A stretch of DNA of 58,114 nucleotides, filler included, from Sphacelaria rigidula (GCA_964200075.2; 6 parts of 6 records of this genome joined end to end with filler, not necessarily neighbours in it), one strand, 5' to 3'. Positions 37,986 to 51,304 are shown, counted from the whole stretch's first letter. The notes: generated from the sequence alone by a model not told the origin. Program-made: numbers and translations.

Positions 37986-38156
37986 CTAATAAAAAAGTGT
38001 GAGCGTCCGGTGATGGGGTGCCATGTGATGGTCGAGGCGTTGGCCTTCGCACCGTAACCACTGGTCTATCTCCAAGCTGGTTTTCACTCTCCCGCGATGA
38101 GCAAGCTCGGTTTTCAACAGCTCCACCGCTTGAACGCTAGCGGCCCTAATCTCCAC
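37986..38156 (-). CDS. QNG1: Terminal exon of queuosine 5'-phosphate N-glycosylase/hydrolase (queuosine salvage protein, DUF2419/C9orf64 family)
   Basis: After acceptor AAACAG| it reads VEIRAASVQAVELLKTELAHRGRVKTSLEIDQWLRCEGQRLDHHMAPHHRTLTLFY*. This matches the family C-terminus EVEIRxxSxxAVExx...IDxxLW...PxHRTxxxxY-stop. Confidence 0.85.
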   Translation of the reverse strand: MEIRAASVQAVELLKTELAHRGRVKTSLEIDQWLRCEGQRLDHHMAPHHRTLTLFY

Positions 38157-39660
38157 CTGTTTTATTGTTGCCCCCCCCCCCCCCCCCCGCCCCCCCCCCC
38201 CCCCCCCCACCACCCCCCGCACCCCGGGCACAACAACACGCCCCACAAACACCACCAACACAAAACAAAACAAACACAACACGGNNNNNNNNNNCCGCGA
38301 GGAGCAAGCTCTGTTTTCACCAACTCCCCCCCTGTCACGCTAGCGGCCCCAACCCCCCCCTGTTTTTTTTTTTCCCCCCCCCCCCCCCCCGCCGCCCCCC
38401 ACCAGTGCAACAAACAGACGGGGAGAACATCAACACACGTGGTAGACACAACACACACAAAACAAAACTTAGACCTTGCGATGTCTGCCAAGAAAGCGGG
38501 GCATTTGATCATGTGATCTAACTTGCTGTACGAGTGGCACAAGGGTAACTGCACACGTTCGAGTGTAGGGTGCACGCCTCCTCGGAGGATCTCTCAACCG
38601 CGGAGCAATGAGGTTCCCGCAAGAGTGATAATCATAAAATAACAGCCGATTTTATATTTTGGGGTTCATACAGAATATGGGGCTGAAGTGGCATATCTCT
38701 CTTGCACGAAANNNNNNNNNNNNNNNNNNNNNNNNNNNNNNNNNNNNNNNNNNNNTTAATTAATTAANNNNNNNNNNNNNNNNNNNNNNNNNNNNNNNNN
38801 NNNNNNNNNNNTCACTGATTGATCGCTTTTCACTCTCAATCGTATCATCTACTCTCAATCTCACGAAAACGCTGTTGCAAGCAAGAAACAAAACAATGAA
38901 CACGCAAAAGCATAGAGCAGTGCTTGCGCCTTGATCGTAAATAATGGTCGAACTTTTGTCGGGATTCTTTATTTTGAAATAAGGTCAATCCTAGCCCTAA
39001 CCCTAGCCCTAACCCTAGCCCTAATCCTAACCCTAATAAAGTATACCGAGAACCCTCCGGTGAGGGGGTTTGCAAAGGGGTGATCCAATCAAAGTGTGCG
39101 CTGGCAGATCTTAACCCTTAGACCGCAAGGGTAGCCCATCTGGACCATGCATACTTTTTTCAAGAGGAATTCATGCCGATTCAACATATGACCAACTCTC
39201 GTTGGTGAGGGTTGAATCAACGCCGGTGGCGCCGATGGGGATGAAAAAGCATTCCGCGCAAGCTGAGAACGCGTGGGACTGTCAGCCCCACTAAAGATCC
39301 GGATCTCGGTGCTGACACTCAAATCAAGTGATATTCCGGGAAAGTTCTTCCTCGACAAATGCGTGAGCTCTTCTGAAACCAAAGAGGAAGCAATGAAGGG
39401 ATAAAATAAGGAAAGGACTGGGGAACATGGACGACGAAAATATGGATCTCATACACGCACCAGTTTTTCTGGACACAAAGATGACCAGCCCCTACCGTAT
39501 GGCCTCGGGTTAGGAGTCCGTACAAGATTGAACAAAACAAAACAAGACAAAATGGAAAATGATGTTATGCTGGTGGACACAGGTGTGCGCCTCCACTGTT
39601 GCGGAACCACATCTGGTTAAACGTGGACGCGTCCAATTTTGGGTATCGATACTTGTATAG

Positions 39661-40032
39661 ACCGGTCGCCCCGGTGGCTCAGTTGGTGACCTCGACACCT
39701 TCTGACGGTGGGATCGCGGGTTCAAATCTTGGAGCGATCTGGGATTTTTTCCCACAACATGCCCAACAGTGAAGAGCGACTACGAGTATGTCGTGGTAAA
39801 ATTCTAAAATGCGCTTGACGGTCGACGAGGGAAAGGGATTGCTGGACCCCTTTCGCAAAAAAAAACAGGCAAGCATCGCAGATGAAAGGTGGAGTACTAA
39901 AAATATACAATGAAAATAAAAACTGCTGTGTTGACCTTCTTCCTGTGTGACCCTACCCCGGCTGGTGCGCCCACATATACCGCAAGGTGTAGACCGGCGT
40001 CCAGAATAGATGGGACGATAACACACACACAT
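39661..40032 (+). mobile_element. tRNA-headed SINE (full-length copy)
   Basis: Pol III A box TGGCTCAGTTGG (39675-39686), B box GGTTCAAATC (39719-39728), unique body and (AC)n tail; three more copies lie in the window. Confidence 0.8.
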
Positions 40033-43000
40033 AGATAGACTTGGTTGCTTGCTCTGGCCACAGTGAAGTAATTCCAAACTAGTAGTAAAGCTAGCTGGTC
40101 AAAGGGTTGAAATAAAGACCGGAGTTGGCTTTTGTTTACTCTCTCGCACCCTCTTCCGTGGTTTTCGCCTGCTCTGTGCCCTGTTACGTATTTCCATGCC
40201 TGCTTTTGTTTTTGTTCCATGTTTTATTTTGCAACGGAAAATGATGAAATTTTCAGGTGTTGGAGACGGGAATGTACGTGGTGCTGATGGCGAATTGCGA
40301 ATCTAGGAATGATAATATTCATATAAACGGACACAGCGAGTGGATGAACCCCTACGGTGAGAGGTATTCCTTACGAGTACGTCATATTTTTTTCTCAGAT
40401 TTCTGTATTTTTTACTTTTCCCGAACATAAAGATTTTGATATTTATTTACTTTTCCCGATTTTTGTTTTTCTTCCCCCACTTCTCCCACAAATAAACGCC
40501 GAAGAAAATTTCGGGAGCTAGATTCTCGGAGAAATCTGTAGTTAGTCTTGAACTGGTCTATTGCCTGACCGACCTGGTTGTGACAAATCTGCTCTCACAT
40601 TTCGTTTTTTTTTTGCCCTGAAAAATCAGAGGAAGACACAAACCCGTTAGTAAGATCCCTGAACCAGATGTCCCACAGTTATGGGGGCGAGTGGGGGGGG
40701 GGGCATAACGACAAAAAAATCGTGCGCAAAAAATGAAAAAAACGCGGAGGAATAATGAAGAATAATGAAGACGTCATCGACTGGCCGGACCTGTGCCGAA
40801 CCTCCCCAGAACCTGTGCCGAACAAGACGCACGCTCCATCCCAGGTTGCCTGGGTTCAGTATGCGACAGCTGTAATGTTTTTCATCGCGTCGTTCTCGAG
40901 ACGGAAGCAAACCGGCCCGTGGTACTTCACAGCGCCCCGCACACACACTAGACCTAGTCACTCGCCCGGCGGATGGGCTCAATTCGCCACGGTGAACTCG
41001 AAAAGCCCCAAGACGTTGAAGGGAATCCATTTTGCAGTACATTATGTGTTTGGTGCAGCGGTTTGCAGAGTGCTGCGGCCTCTGTGGCACGTGTGACCTA
41101 AATCCGCCCCGCGAGTGACCAGGTCTGGTGTGTGGGAGCGCACAGATCAAGCCGCACATTCCAATCCTTCGCTTTGTTGCCGAGAGAAACGCGTTGAAAG
41201 ATCCGCACATCAACATACTGCAACAAGAGGGGTACAACAACCAACACGATCAGCAGTTTCTATCTTCCTGCTGTTGTGACCCTGTGTACAGGTGTACAGC
41301 AACGTCAGTCACAGGTTTGATGCAGAATGTACTAAAATAATAGTACACTGCATATGAGCGAGGTCGTTGTTTGGAGGTGTTGCGTGTATTTGTGATCCAT
41401 ATGACGGCTCGATCACGAGCCAGTTTCTCTGCAGAGAGGGATCAGAGTCCATTTCCCCGATATGTAGTCCCCAAAATCGGTCCCCATTCATCCCTACAAC
41501 ACTGCCAATCCTTCAACTTGTCGTACATGCGTGGCAGGCAGGCAACCCAGCTCCTTCGTGTGCGCAGATTGATTTTCTTTGTAGATATATACTCCTCAGA
41601 CAGCACAGTATCGCAAACATTGTTCGCAATATAAAATATAACGGTGAGTACTGTAATATTTGTAGTGACTGCAGAATGTGTCGTCCTCAAAGCCATGAAC
41701 ATGATGAACTTCACCGTCTGTATATATATGTAAAACGAACTAAATTGAATTGTTCCTCAGGTTCGGCTCTGATTGTGTCGTGTTGTGTGGTAAGTTTTTG
41801 CATGTGCCCCTGTCAACGAGTCATGTAAGTTCCCCTTAGAGGTGTCCGGAAATCCCCTTTCAAAAGGGGACATCAAAATTATGTTTCTGCACTTCCTGAA
41901 GTCCACTTCAAAAAGGGGATTTCTCGGTACGTTTTGGGGATTTCTGATGAAATTGGTATCGAAGCGACCAATCAGCGATCTTTTTTTCACTAAGAAGATT
42001 TTGGAAAAGGGGAAACCCGTACTCGATAACAAGGGTCTTAAGGCCAACTCTTACGGGAGCGTTTAGAATTTTACTTTGCAATAATTTTAAACGTTTTTCT
42101 TTTTCTTCTTTGCCGTGGTTGTGTATTTTGTGCCCGTTCACCATGATGACAAAGAAAAAAAACTCTTCTGAAACTGTTGCAAAATATAATTTCAAACGCT
42201 CCCATAAGAGTTGGCCTAACCAACTGAGGTTTATTACTTGATTAAACCAACAAATGATCATGATCAATGGGTGATTTGGAAAGTGTCAGCAAGTGTCTGC
42301 AGTGAGAGATATTCCGGACACGTGCCCCCCCTCCCCCCTGTCGAAGGGCACTTGTCGAGAAATGTAATGATTTTTGTGATTAATTTTGTTGAATATATTG
42401 TGAAAGAAATTGATCAAGAAACACGGACAAGAAACGAAAAGTCTGGTGGGCTTTGCGACGTTCGTATATTTACTTCTGCTCCCTGCCTGCTCTGTCACGA
42501 TGACCTCGGATGCTGGTCATGCTCACAAGCATGTATGCACACGAGCGCTCGGTGGTGACAACCAGTAGCCAAAGTAGCCACGATAACTCGCGCTGTGCCA
42601 AACTTGCCCGGGCTGTTGATAGGTGCTCGACGCACTCGACACGGAACCGGTGCCCTGCAAGCAGTATTCCAAGACACCCTATACCCTTGACATGAAAAAT
42701 GAACAATGCCATCGTCAAGGCATAATCGGTTGTATTTCCACCTTGACCGTTGTCAAGTGAGAGACTACACTCCGATGCGAAATTGCCGGTGGCGGGTCCA
42801 GTACATGCACCGCGACATACCGCGCTAATCATGGTGTAGAGTTGCGTGTAACCCTGAGCGTACTGCTTTGCTGCTGTGCCGTGTCTTGTGCGGTCTGCTG
42901 TGTGCTACTACTGCCATATGTGTGGACAATACTGTGTGGATCTGCTGTAGCCGTTTATCCTCGGCTTGAGTAAGTCCATCATTTTCTCCCGCACGCCGCA

Positions 43001-43598
43001 GGCACAAAAATAGCGTTACATGACGGCAACACTTTTGTCTGTCTCTGGAAGTGGTGATACCACAGAATAAAGCAACTCAATGTAGGCTGTCATCCAAATG
43101 AAAGATAATCAGTAGGCCTCGGGCCGAACAATCTTGGCAAGATGCAGCTCACCCTTCATGCGACTCGCCGAACACACCACGGCGCTTCGTAGATACAACT
43201 TATCAACCCTTCTTTGATAGTTGGTGTGCAACCCTAATACGCATAACTTGCGCGTTTTCTTTTTCGGTCTTCCGCACCAAAATCAAGTAGTTGTAACGCC
43301 TCGGCGGGGTTTTCATTTCAAAATGACAAAATGACCGCTTTTGAACTAGACACATATTTGTTTTTGGAAAAAAAACGCAGAAGAAACAAAAGCCTCGCGT
43401 GTCTCAGCGAACCTCCGATGGGGAAAAATGGGAAATCTGATAGATTGTGACCTCGAATAGATGGTCCAAGGCACGCCTTCAGGTACATGAGAGACGGGGC
43501 GCCGTTCTACTCGGTTTGGTCCTTGCTTCTTCGGGATAGGCTCTCCATGGTCGTGACGCTGTCGGATTGGCGCCAACATTGCCAGGCCTCATATCTTC

Positions 43599-43786
43599 CT
43601 TCGTAGTGATTACAGCTAGCCGTAGGGTTGGCAGTCCCTATCTGCTTCTACTCATGAACTATGACAAATGTTAGGGTCATTTTTGTTTTTCGTCATTTTG
43701 CTCAAAACCTCAACGCGTGCGAGACCTGTGCCGTTGATACCTGCAGCACTGCTGCCACGCGCGTCAGCCGTAGCTCACCACCAGCC
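43599..43786 (+). repeat. Dispersed repeat, second copy ~47110-47300 (the latter followed by an AT-rich microsatellite tail)
   Basis: cttcgtagtg...tagccgt.gggttgg.agtcc.tatctg ... tcagccgt.gctcaccaccag is shared. Confidence 0.75.
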
Positions 43787-44947
43787 CTATTCATTAATAG
43801 CGCATGATCTCTCCGCTCCATACAAAGACCAGTACATTCAAGTCCGGTTTTTCCATACTTTATCCAAGTATTTTTTCCCAATTCGGAACAAAATGTTACA
43901 CCAGACCCTCAAAGTGAAGAGGAGGAAACTGTCACGCTTCTCTATCGTCCTGCAGAAGCACGCTGGAAGATAATCCGTGACGAACGGTCACGTTGCATGT
44001 CCGCCCGTACAATCTGAAAACCCCCTAGTCTGGGGTCTACCTATACTACTCACTCACGCATCCATGCACAGCAATTCAGTGTTTTTTTAGCGCCAAGAAC
44101 CACCGCCACCTACCCTGCACATCCATCGGCCAATAACGGGGGGCCCAAAGTACGTGCGCTGCTAGAACGCAGTGTAATGTGTGCTCTCCGCCCTCACTTA
44201 TCTATCGAACTGCACTGTGTACTAGTAGTACGGTTGAATATTGAGCTCTATACTCTCTCGTATATATGTTACGCTGGGCACTTAATGTAGTACACACCAC
44301 CCCCGGAACAAAAATATGCACCCATGTAAGTAGGACGATCCACGACTCCCTCTTGAGCAAATTTTGTTGCGCAAACACGGCCGGCCCTCATCCAACACCT
44401 CACGGATTGCCGTAAAACATGTTAGGAGTACTGTGTATAGACTTGCAATAGCTAGCACCAAGCGTGCTGGACATATGCTTCGGATCCGTGCGTGTTTGCT
44501 CGGGTTGGGCTCTCAAGGTGTAACGTGGTTCAGTCATGTGGTTTAGTAACGCCTGTTGAGATTTCCTGACCTATCCCACATGAATTTATGTCAAACGAAG
44601 GCTGCTGTGTGTACATTACATAGCAAGGGCTGCCGCTAATGCGCTTTGACTAGCTAGGAAATGCAACCACATGCACGCGTCTGTGCGTGTTTTTTCAGGG
44701 CTCGGTGTGTACGTGCTGTGTTGCCGCCTCGCGTCTCCCGTACCGTACACACGTTTCAGTGATAACTGATGCACATGCTGTGCAGTGTAAAATCAAGATA
44801 ATAGCGGAGCAACTGTCCACCGCCACAGACCAACATGTATAGTTGGCTTGTATGCTTCACTATCGAAGCCTCAAAGCTACCATTCTGCTTCACTGGACCT
44901 CGAAATCCGCTGAGGGCCGTGCTGTTGGGCAATGCCTGCCCTGCGAC

Positions 44948-45097
44948 CGCTGGAGTGTCACTGCTTGCCGTTGGGCTCTGAGTGGTGTTCATGCCACCGC
45001 CGACTGGCCACTGCTTGCCGTTGGTCAGTGAGTGATATTCATGTCACCTCTGGAGTGCCACTGCTTGCCGTTGGGCAGTGAGTGATGTTCATGCCAC
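44948..45097. repeat. 50-bp minisatellite, three copies
   Basis: The core cactgcttgccgttgg....tgagtg.t.ttcatg.cac recurs at a 50-bp period. Confidence 0.9.
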
Positions 45098-45371
45098 TTT
45101 TGAATTGATTCCGACTAAGACCCCCCTACCCCCGACACCAAACCCCTCTGTCTACCCTTATTTTTCATTCGCTTCAATTGAGAACGGCGGGTTGGTCGGG
45201 CGACTCCTTCGAGGGGCCGACTTTAACACCCCAGTTGTCCTCGGTAACGTGTGCGATTCGAGCGCTATTTTTCAGGGATATACACGTCACACACATGACA
45301 CGTTTGAAAAAACCGGGAAAAACGCAATTTTGGGCCAGTTAACGCTTCGTAAGGTTTGATATTTTGAACTA

Positions 45372-45588
45372 GACAGATGTAACGTAGCGTGATGTAACGT
45401 GTAGGCCTTGAAGCAGTGTCTCTTTCAATTTTCCAGATGTGATTTTTTTTTTTTTAATTTTCAACGTGACACGTGACACTTTTTTAATTCACGAAAAAAA
45501 GCACAGTTTTCGTCACATTTGGAAAGTGAGACGCTGTTAAGGTTCATGCGAAGGACCACACGTTACATCACGCTACGTTACATTTGTC
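45372..45588. repeat. Inverted repeat (MITE-like interior)
   Basis: tgtaacgtagcgtgatgtaacgtgt pairs with acacgttacatcacgctacgttaca. Confidence 0.8.
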
Positions 45589-47886
45589 CCATCGAAAAGA
45601 ATCAAACCTGACGTAGCCGAAATGACCCAAGGTCACGTTTTTTCGAGTGTCACGTAAAAGCCTCACGTGTAACGTGTATACCCATGCTATTTTTCGAGTC
45701 GTGCGCTTCGAAATTGAATGCATAGGGTTGAATTTGCTTTTCAGCGCACGCCCCGCACTCAGCAAAACAATCGGGGGATTACTCTTTCTTGCAGGTTTTG
45801 AGGGTACGCTTGAAAAACACTTGGAAAAACACATTCACACCTGGGATGTATCAGCGTTGTGGATGTGTACGTGGCGTCTGAACAGGGAGCGTTGCCTCGC
45901 AACAGGTTCACAGGATGACACTCCAGGGACATCTGGAGGTTCCCAGGGGGAAGAGGGGTGGTTTTTGACCAGGGGTGGGGGAGACGACCTAAAGAAAAGT
46001 TCGTAAACAATGGTTGGTACTATTGAGGTGCCGCCAACCCTAACTCTAACCCTGACCCTGACCCCCCGACCAAGGCATACCAAGAACCGTTGGGCAAGGG
46101 AGATGCAGAGTGCTTCCCAAGCGAAGTGTGCCTTGCGAGACCTCAAATCAGCACCTGCGGCGCCGATTTTGGACGAAAACACGTTCTGGACGAGCTGGGT
46201 CTACTGCTCAGCTGCCCCAAACCATGAGTTCTATCAGAACTGACATAAGTGAAATCAAGTGCTAACCATCGTTTACGAACGTATCTTGAGGTCTACTGGG
46301 GTGGGGGCCTGTTCGCCGTACAGCCGAAAAGCTCACCATGTCAACCATGTGTATTTCGAAATTTACCTCGATTTTTTTTAAATGGAACGAGTCCCTACAG
46401 GAGCTGATTGACCATTCTGACCAATCACGGCTTCGTATCAAAATGGTCACTTTGTTCCCCTACAGGGTAACTACTTTGATGTCTAGCTGTATTCATGATG
46501 GTCATGGCAGTTCAACCATTGATTGCATGGGCACAAATAGCATGTGCTTTATACTCTGCTCGTGGTTTGCGCCGCCTTTCCGACGCCTCACGTATGCCAG
46601 CACAGCTTCGTGCTGCCTGTAGCGTCGTTGTGGAACACTAAGCAGAGACATCAGCAGCATGCAGCGGACTGTGCCCAGTGCAGAGCGATCGCACGGTCAT
46701 TGTTTCTTGCCGTTGTATCCAGCGAAGACATACAGCATACACACTGACTCTGCACGCGGTGTTCTTCAAGGTCAAAACCGGTCAGGGTTTTTTCGGGACT
46801 CTTTTCTATGCAAATGCCCAGCATCCACCTGTTGATAAAAAAGACGACTTGTATAGCGAGAAAAAAACTGTTCAGATCCCGAAGCATGGCATTGTCCATC
46901 TGACTCCATCTGAGAAGGGTTCGCAGTCTTGAGGCTAACGTACGGTTTCTCCATTTCGAGGATGTTGTCCAAAATCAAGTGTATCCAAGTAAACGAAGAA
47001 AAGTGGAGGATGATCGGTGAAGTGTCGTCGAACAGCTCGGACATTTTTCGAAGGCTAACCCCCCCCCCCCCCTCCCGCTAGCACCCCCAGCGGCCAGGTT
47101 TACTTGATTCCTTCGTAGTGGTGACGGTTAGCCGTGGGGTTGGAAGTCCTTATCTGGTTAATATAAAAAATGATACTGTAGTCTAAGTCAGGGCCATTTT
47201 TTTTGTTTCGCCATTTTGTTGACCTTCACGCATGCGACACCCGTTGCGTCGATATCTGCGGCCCTCCTGCCGCGCGCATCAGCCGTGGCTCACCACCAGT
47301 CATTATTGTTTTTACTATTACTACTATTACTATTACTATCATTATTATTTTTATATTTATTTTTATTTTATTTTTATTTTATTTTTAATGTTGTTTATTT
47401 TATTTGATCTATCATGAGTCGCAAAATATTGACACTGTTTTTTGTTTTTGTTCTTGTTGTTTTTGTTCAATCATACATTATCTCATCTTTATTTTTTTGT
47501 TTTAATTTTTCCGCACATTTACCCAATCTCCCGAAAACGTGGTCACACGTCTATCGTGCCTTATTGACCCTCTTCGAAAAAAATATACCAATGCTGTTCG
47601 CTTCTGCTATGCTCCCCCTTCCCGTTTTCTGTCCTCCCTTTTTTTTTTTCGTCTTCACGGGGGAAACAAAAACTCGACATTTATTCAGGCTACTTGCCCG
47701 GAGAGGTCTACGGATGCCTGCCGTTTTTCTTTTTCTTGGCCGTGGTCTACCTCGTCCTGGGCGTTGTGTGGATGGTTATGTGCATGACCTACATCAAGGC
47801 AAGACAACGAGTGAATTCGCAGAGGAATAGGAATTGATGTTGATGGTGATTACTTGTTACGTCTGCGGGAAATTTTGAATTTTCAA

Positions 47887-48245
47887 ACCGGTCGCCCCGG
47901 TGGCTCAGTTGGTAACCTCGAAACCTTCTGACGGTGTGGTCGTGGGTTCAATTCTCAAAGTGATGTGGGATTTTTTCTCACAACATGCCCAACAGCGGAG
48001 AGCGACGATGCCGTGGGTACACAAATTTCGCAAACGATCGACGAGGGAAAGGTACTGGTGGTCCCTCTCGCGATGAAAAATAAAAGGCAGGCACCGCAGA
48101 AGGAAGGTGGGGTACTAAGAAACAAATAAAAAAGAAAAACTCCTGTGTTGACCTTCCTCCTGTGTTACCCCGGCTGGTGCGCCCACATATCCCGAAAGGT
48201 GTAGACTGGCATCCAGAATAGATGGGACGACAACACACACACACA
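47887..48245 (+). mobile_element. tRNA-headed SINE (full-length copy)
   Basis: accggtcgccccggtggctcagttggt...gggttcaattc...ccagaatagatgggacgacaacacacac, colinear with 39661-40032. Confidence 0.8.
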
Positions 48246-48869
48246 TTCAAAGGCGATAGTTACTATAGGTACGATGATGATTCTACTCACTACTTTTTTT
48301 TTTGTTCATGATTCAGGGGTGGCCGAAAAAAGAACGCATGACGCCCTCCCCCCCCCCCCCCCCCCCCCCTGAGAGGACGCGGATCTTCTTTCTTTTCCTA
48401 AAAAGAGGAATGTNNNNNNNNNNNNNNNNNNNNNNNNNNNNNNNNNNNNNNNNNNNNTTAATTAATTAANNNNNNNNNNNNNNNNNNNNNNNNNNNNNNN
48501 NNNNNNNNNNNNNGAAGATTTTAATCCTCCGGGTTCTCATCCTCACTCAAAAGCACCATCCTCAACATATATGATTGGCTGTTATATGTTGGGCCTTGAA
48601 GTACGACCGTCTCCAATCGACGCCGCGGATGAATTATTATTTCCTTACAATTCCTCCGTAATATTGAAAAGGAACGACACTGAGTTGAATTTTGCATATC
48701 AGACCGAGAAAGAAGTTCGATAAATATTCTTGGAAAATCACCTGTCGAGCATTGAGTTGAATTTTGTGTACGCACGACTCACGACACTGTCGCCCACGAC
48801 TGACCCCAGATGGCTCCGAGAGTAGAATCCACGACACTGATCAGGGAGCGCGTTGTATGGACACGGATT

Positions 48870-48992
48870 TGGAAAAAAGCGGGAGCGATAAAATCGGGGG
48901 ATCACGAGATCGGAACGGTTTCCCCCGATTTTTTCTCGAAAAAAAATCGATGGAAATTTTTCCGATCTCGTGACTCCCGCCGCTTTTTTCTA
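48870..48992. repeat. Imperfect hairpin element
   Basis: gaaaaaagcgg...tcacgagatcggaa pairs with ttccgatctcgtga...ccgcttttttc. Confidence 0.65.
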
Positions 48993-51092
48993 GGTGACGT
49001 ACGTGCATTGAAGTACAATACTGGAGTGCGAGGCGTTTGATATTTTTGCAACAGCAGCAGAAAACAGCCTCGTAACACCACGGGGCGTGCTTTTCTCCCG
49101 CCCCAGCTGCTCGAGCAACTTCGCACGGGGTTTGACGAACGGATAACGAGTGCTCACGCCATACCCTGCGGCGATGGCGATATTTTTTGCCGCGCTGCGC
49201 TGCCGTATGTATCACTACAACAAACGCCATTTGGACTTGGCCATCTCTGGCTGTTGTCGCTGTACTTGGGGGTGATGTACAGCACTGTTGTAAAAAACTT
49301 TGCCTGCGCACTGTTTGTTCTCTGCTCTCGCAATACCGGCTGTGCCATTATGTACGACCACACGGCATCATCTACTATACCGATGTAGTATATACCTACA
49401 TCTATATAATAACGTCCTGCACTGTATCGCTCTAGGGTACCAAGGTTCGACACTGTACTCGAAGGATTGTTTACCACCCGCCTGCTCTCCGGCCTAGCAC
49501 AAGTACGCAGTACCACTCTCATTGAGAAAACGATCGTCTGTGTACAAAACCCATTCGCAAATCCGTGATACTGTACTGCCTGCACCACGAGACGGTCACT
49601 CCGATTTCGAGTCCATGAATTTGAGTCCCCCCGATTTTTGGGGATCCAAAAAATCGGGATGCGCAATAATAGTGGGTCCAACTCGATAAAACGTCGAGAG
49701 AAATCTCTCGTACGTGCGTTGGAGTATACTCATTTACCCGGATATGGTGTGCAACCGACGTGATTACCTCAGAGCGTGTCATGTAAAAATACGCTCTGGA
49801 CGAGCCGGATATACATACTGCCCACCTACAAATCATGAGCTTTCTTGGATTTTTTCAGTCTGAAATCAAGTGAAATCTAGTACCAAATGTTGATGTACAT
49901 TTCTCAAGGTCTACTGCTTGCCGATGGTACACGCGGAAGCCAGTGAAGAGCGGATAAACTGAAGAAAACTATTTTTTTCTTCCATTTGTAGCACCCTCAT
50001 CTTCCGAATTTTCAAGTTCGAGGAGGACAGGAGCTTTCGTATGAAGTCATGCAGAATAAACAACAAGCTTTCTTGGTATTTGCGGAGTATCGTACACGCC
50101 CCCCCCCACGGCTGGTGAGGGGGGCCCGCCGGAGGCAAGAATATTATGCCATTTGGCTTCACATCTCTTCAAAATCGCGGTGAATTCTAGCTGCCTACCG
50201 CCAGCAATTTGAGCACTTGATCAGTGCACAAGAGTGTACATGCATGGGAAGAAGAAAAATGTCACTGAACTTTTAGACTTGAATTAATAAAAAAGCGGTG
50301 AGACAGTAGTGCAGCATACATGGCGTTTCGCGTGTATCACCCAAGCGCCAGGAACTACTGGTGGCACGACAACTCGGTAACATTTTCCAGTGTGACATCG
50401 TCAATTCACAACTGATTGGAAATAAGAGCACCCCTGCCTGAAGTTGTGGGCTCCTCCATATGACGTCGTTCTCGCTCCCCTCGTCGCTGCTGCTGCTGCT
50501 ACTACTCCTGGTTCTCATATTAGAATATATTGTCTGTGGTATTCGTGTTCACTTCTAGGTATAAGCGATGTGCGGTCATTTTGCCGCCTCTTTAACAGCA
50601 TCCCCACGGTCATTGTAGTACGATAATACTTGGGAAATATTGGAATGAGTATGACTCATATTTACACAGAACGCTTTGGAGTATGATACATATGTCGGGT
50701 GACATGAGTGGTGTAACTGGTGACGAAACCGGTCAGTTGTTGCACCAGTCAACTGTAACCGACCAGTTGAACTGGCAGCCAGTTCCCAACTGTGGGATTT
50801 TGGCACGATTTCCCCATGTTTCTTGCGCTAACTTTACTTTTCGCGGGATTCCGTTTTTTTCAGGAGTCCCATGAATCTCAGAGTTCTCGGGTGGAAAGTG
50901 CGTGTTTTTGTAGAATCTGTTCCGCCTTCAAATTTGACGTGGTACGCCTGCAAAGTAATTTTTTGCGTCGTCTCCCTCTTGAATCAGCCTGTATTTGTCC
51001 ACTTTTGCTTTGAATGGTCTCACCTATCCTCGGGCAACAGGCTTTTCACCTCAGTTGCCTCATGTTGTGATTCGTGTGTTATTTCATTCCAG

Positions 51093-51242
51093 ATGAAAGG
51101 AAGCCTAGAATGTGGGCGCGCCACGAGAATGGACGGTGTGTTCGAGGGAAAACTCACTTCAGTCGGCAGCATCAGCATTGGGCCTACGGGGAAGGTCGTG
51201 GGCAACTTGAAGGGACTCGAATTCTTGAAAGTGGAAGGCCAG
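51093..51242 (+). CDS. Bactofilin (polymer-forming cytoskeletal) domain protein, exon A
   Basis: ttcattccAG|ATG...CAG|GTGATG; 150 nt encoding MKGSLECGRATRMDGVFEGKLTSVGSISIGPTGKVVGNLKGLEFLKVEGQ, with the bactofilin RIDGxxEGxI...IGxxGxVxGxI...VEG pattern. Confidence 0.85.
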
Positions 51243-51304
51243 GTGATGACCATTATATCCGTGCATTCATGGCTGTTGCTATTTCGCCGTGATATGTCCA
51301 TTAA

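Noticed and set aside
38295-38400. Tandem duplicate of the QNG1 exon
   Set aside because: The copy is error-rich, C-biased and next to poly-C runs and an N gap. It is most likely low-quality read sequence at a homopolymer.
38985-39036. True telomere
   Set aside because: The tract is short, degenerate and internal, and is followed by the flank shared with other dispersed copies.
39663-39740. tRNA gene (also 47889 and 55891)
   Set aside because: The A/B boxes are part of a ~350-bp repeated unit with an (AC)n tail, and the copies diverge in stem positions. A SINE head explains this better.
44948-45097. Regularly spaced repeats resembling a CRISPR array
   Set aside because: There are only three contiguous 50-bp units without unique spacers, no cas genes, and the context is eukaryotic. 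It is a minisatellite.
46651-47044. Possible coding exon(s) on the minus strand
   Set aside because: There are overlapping short ORFs but no recognisable family or convincing splice pair.
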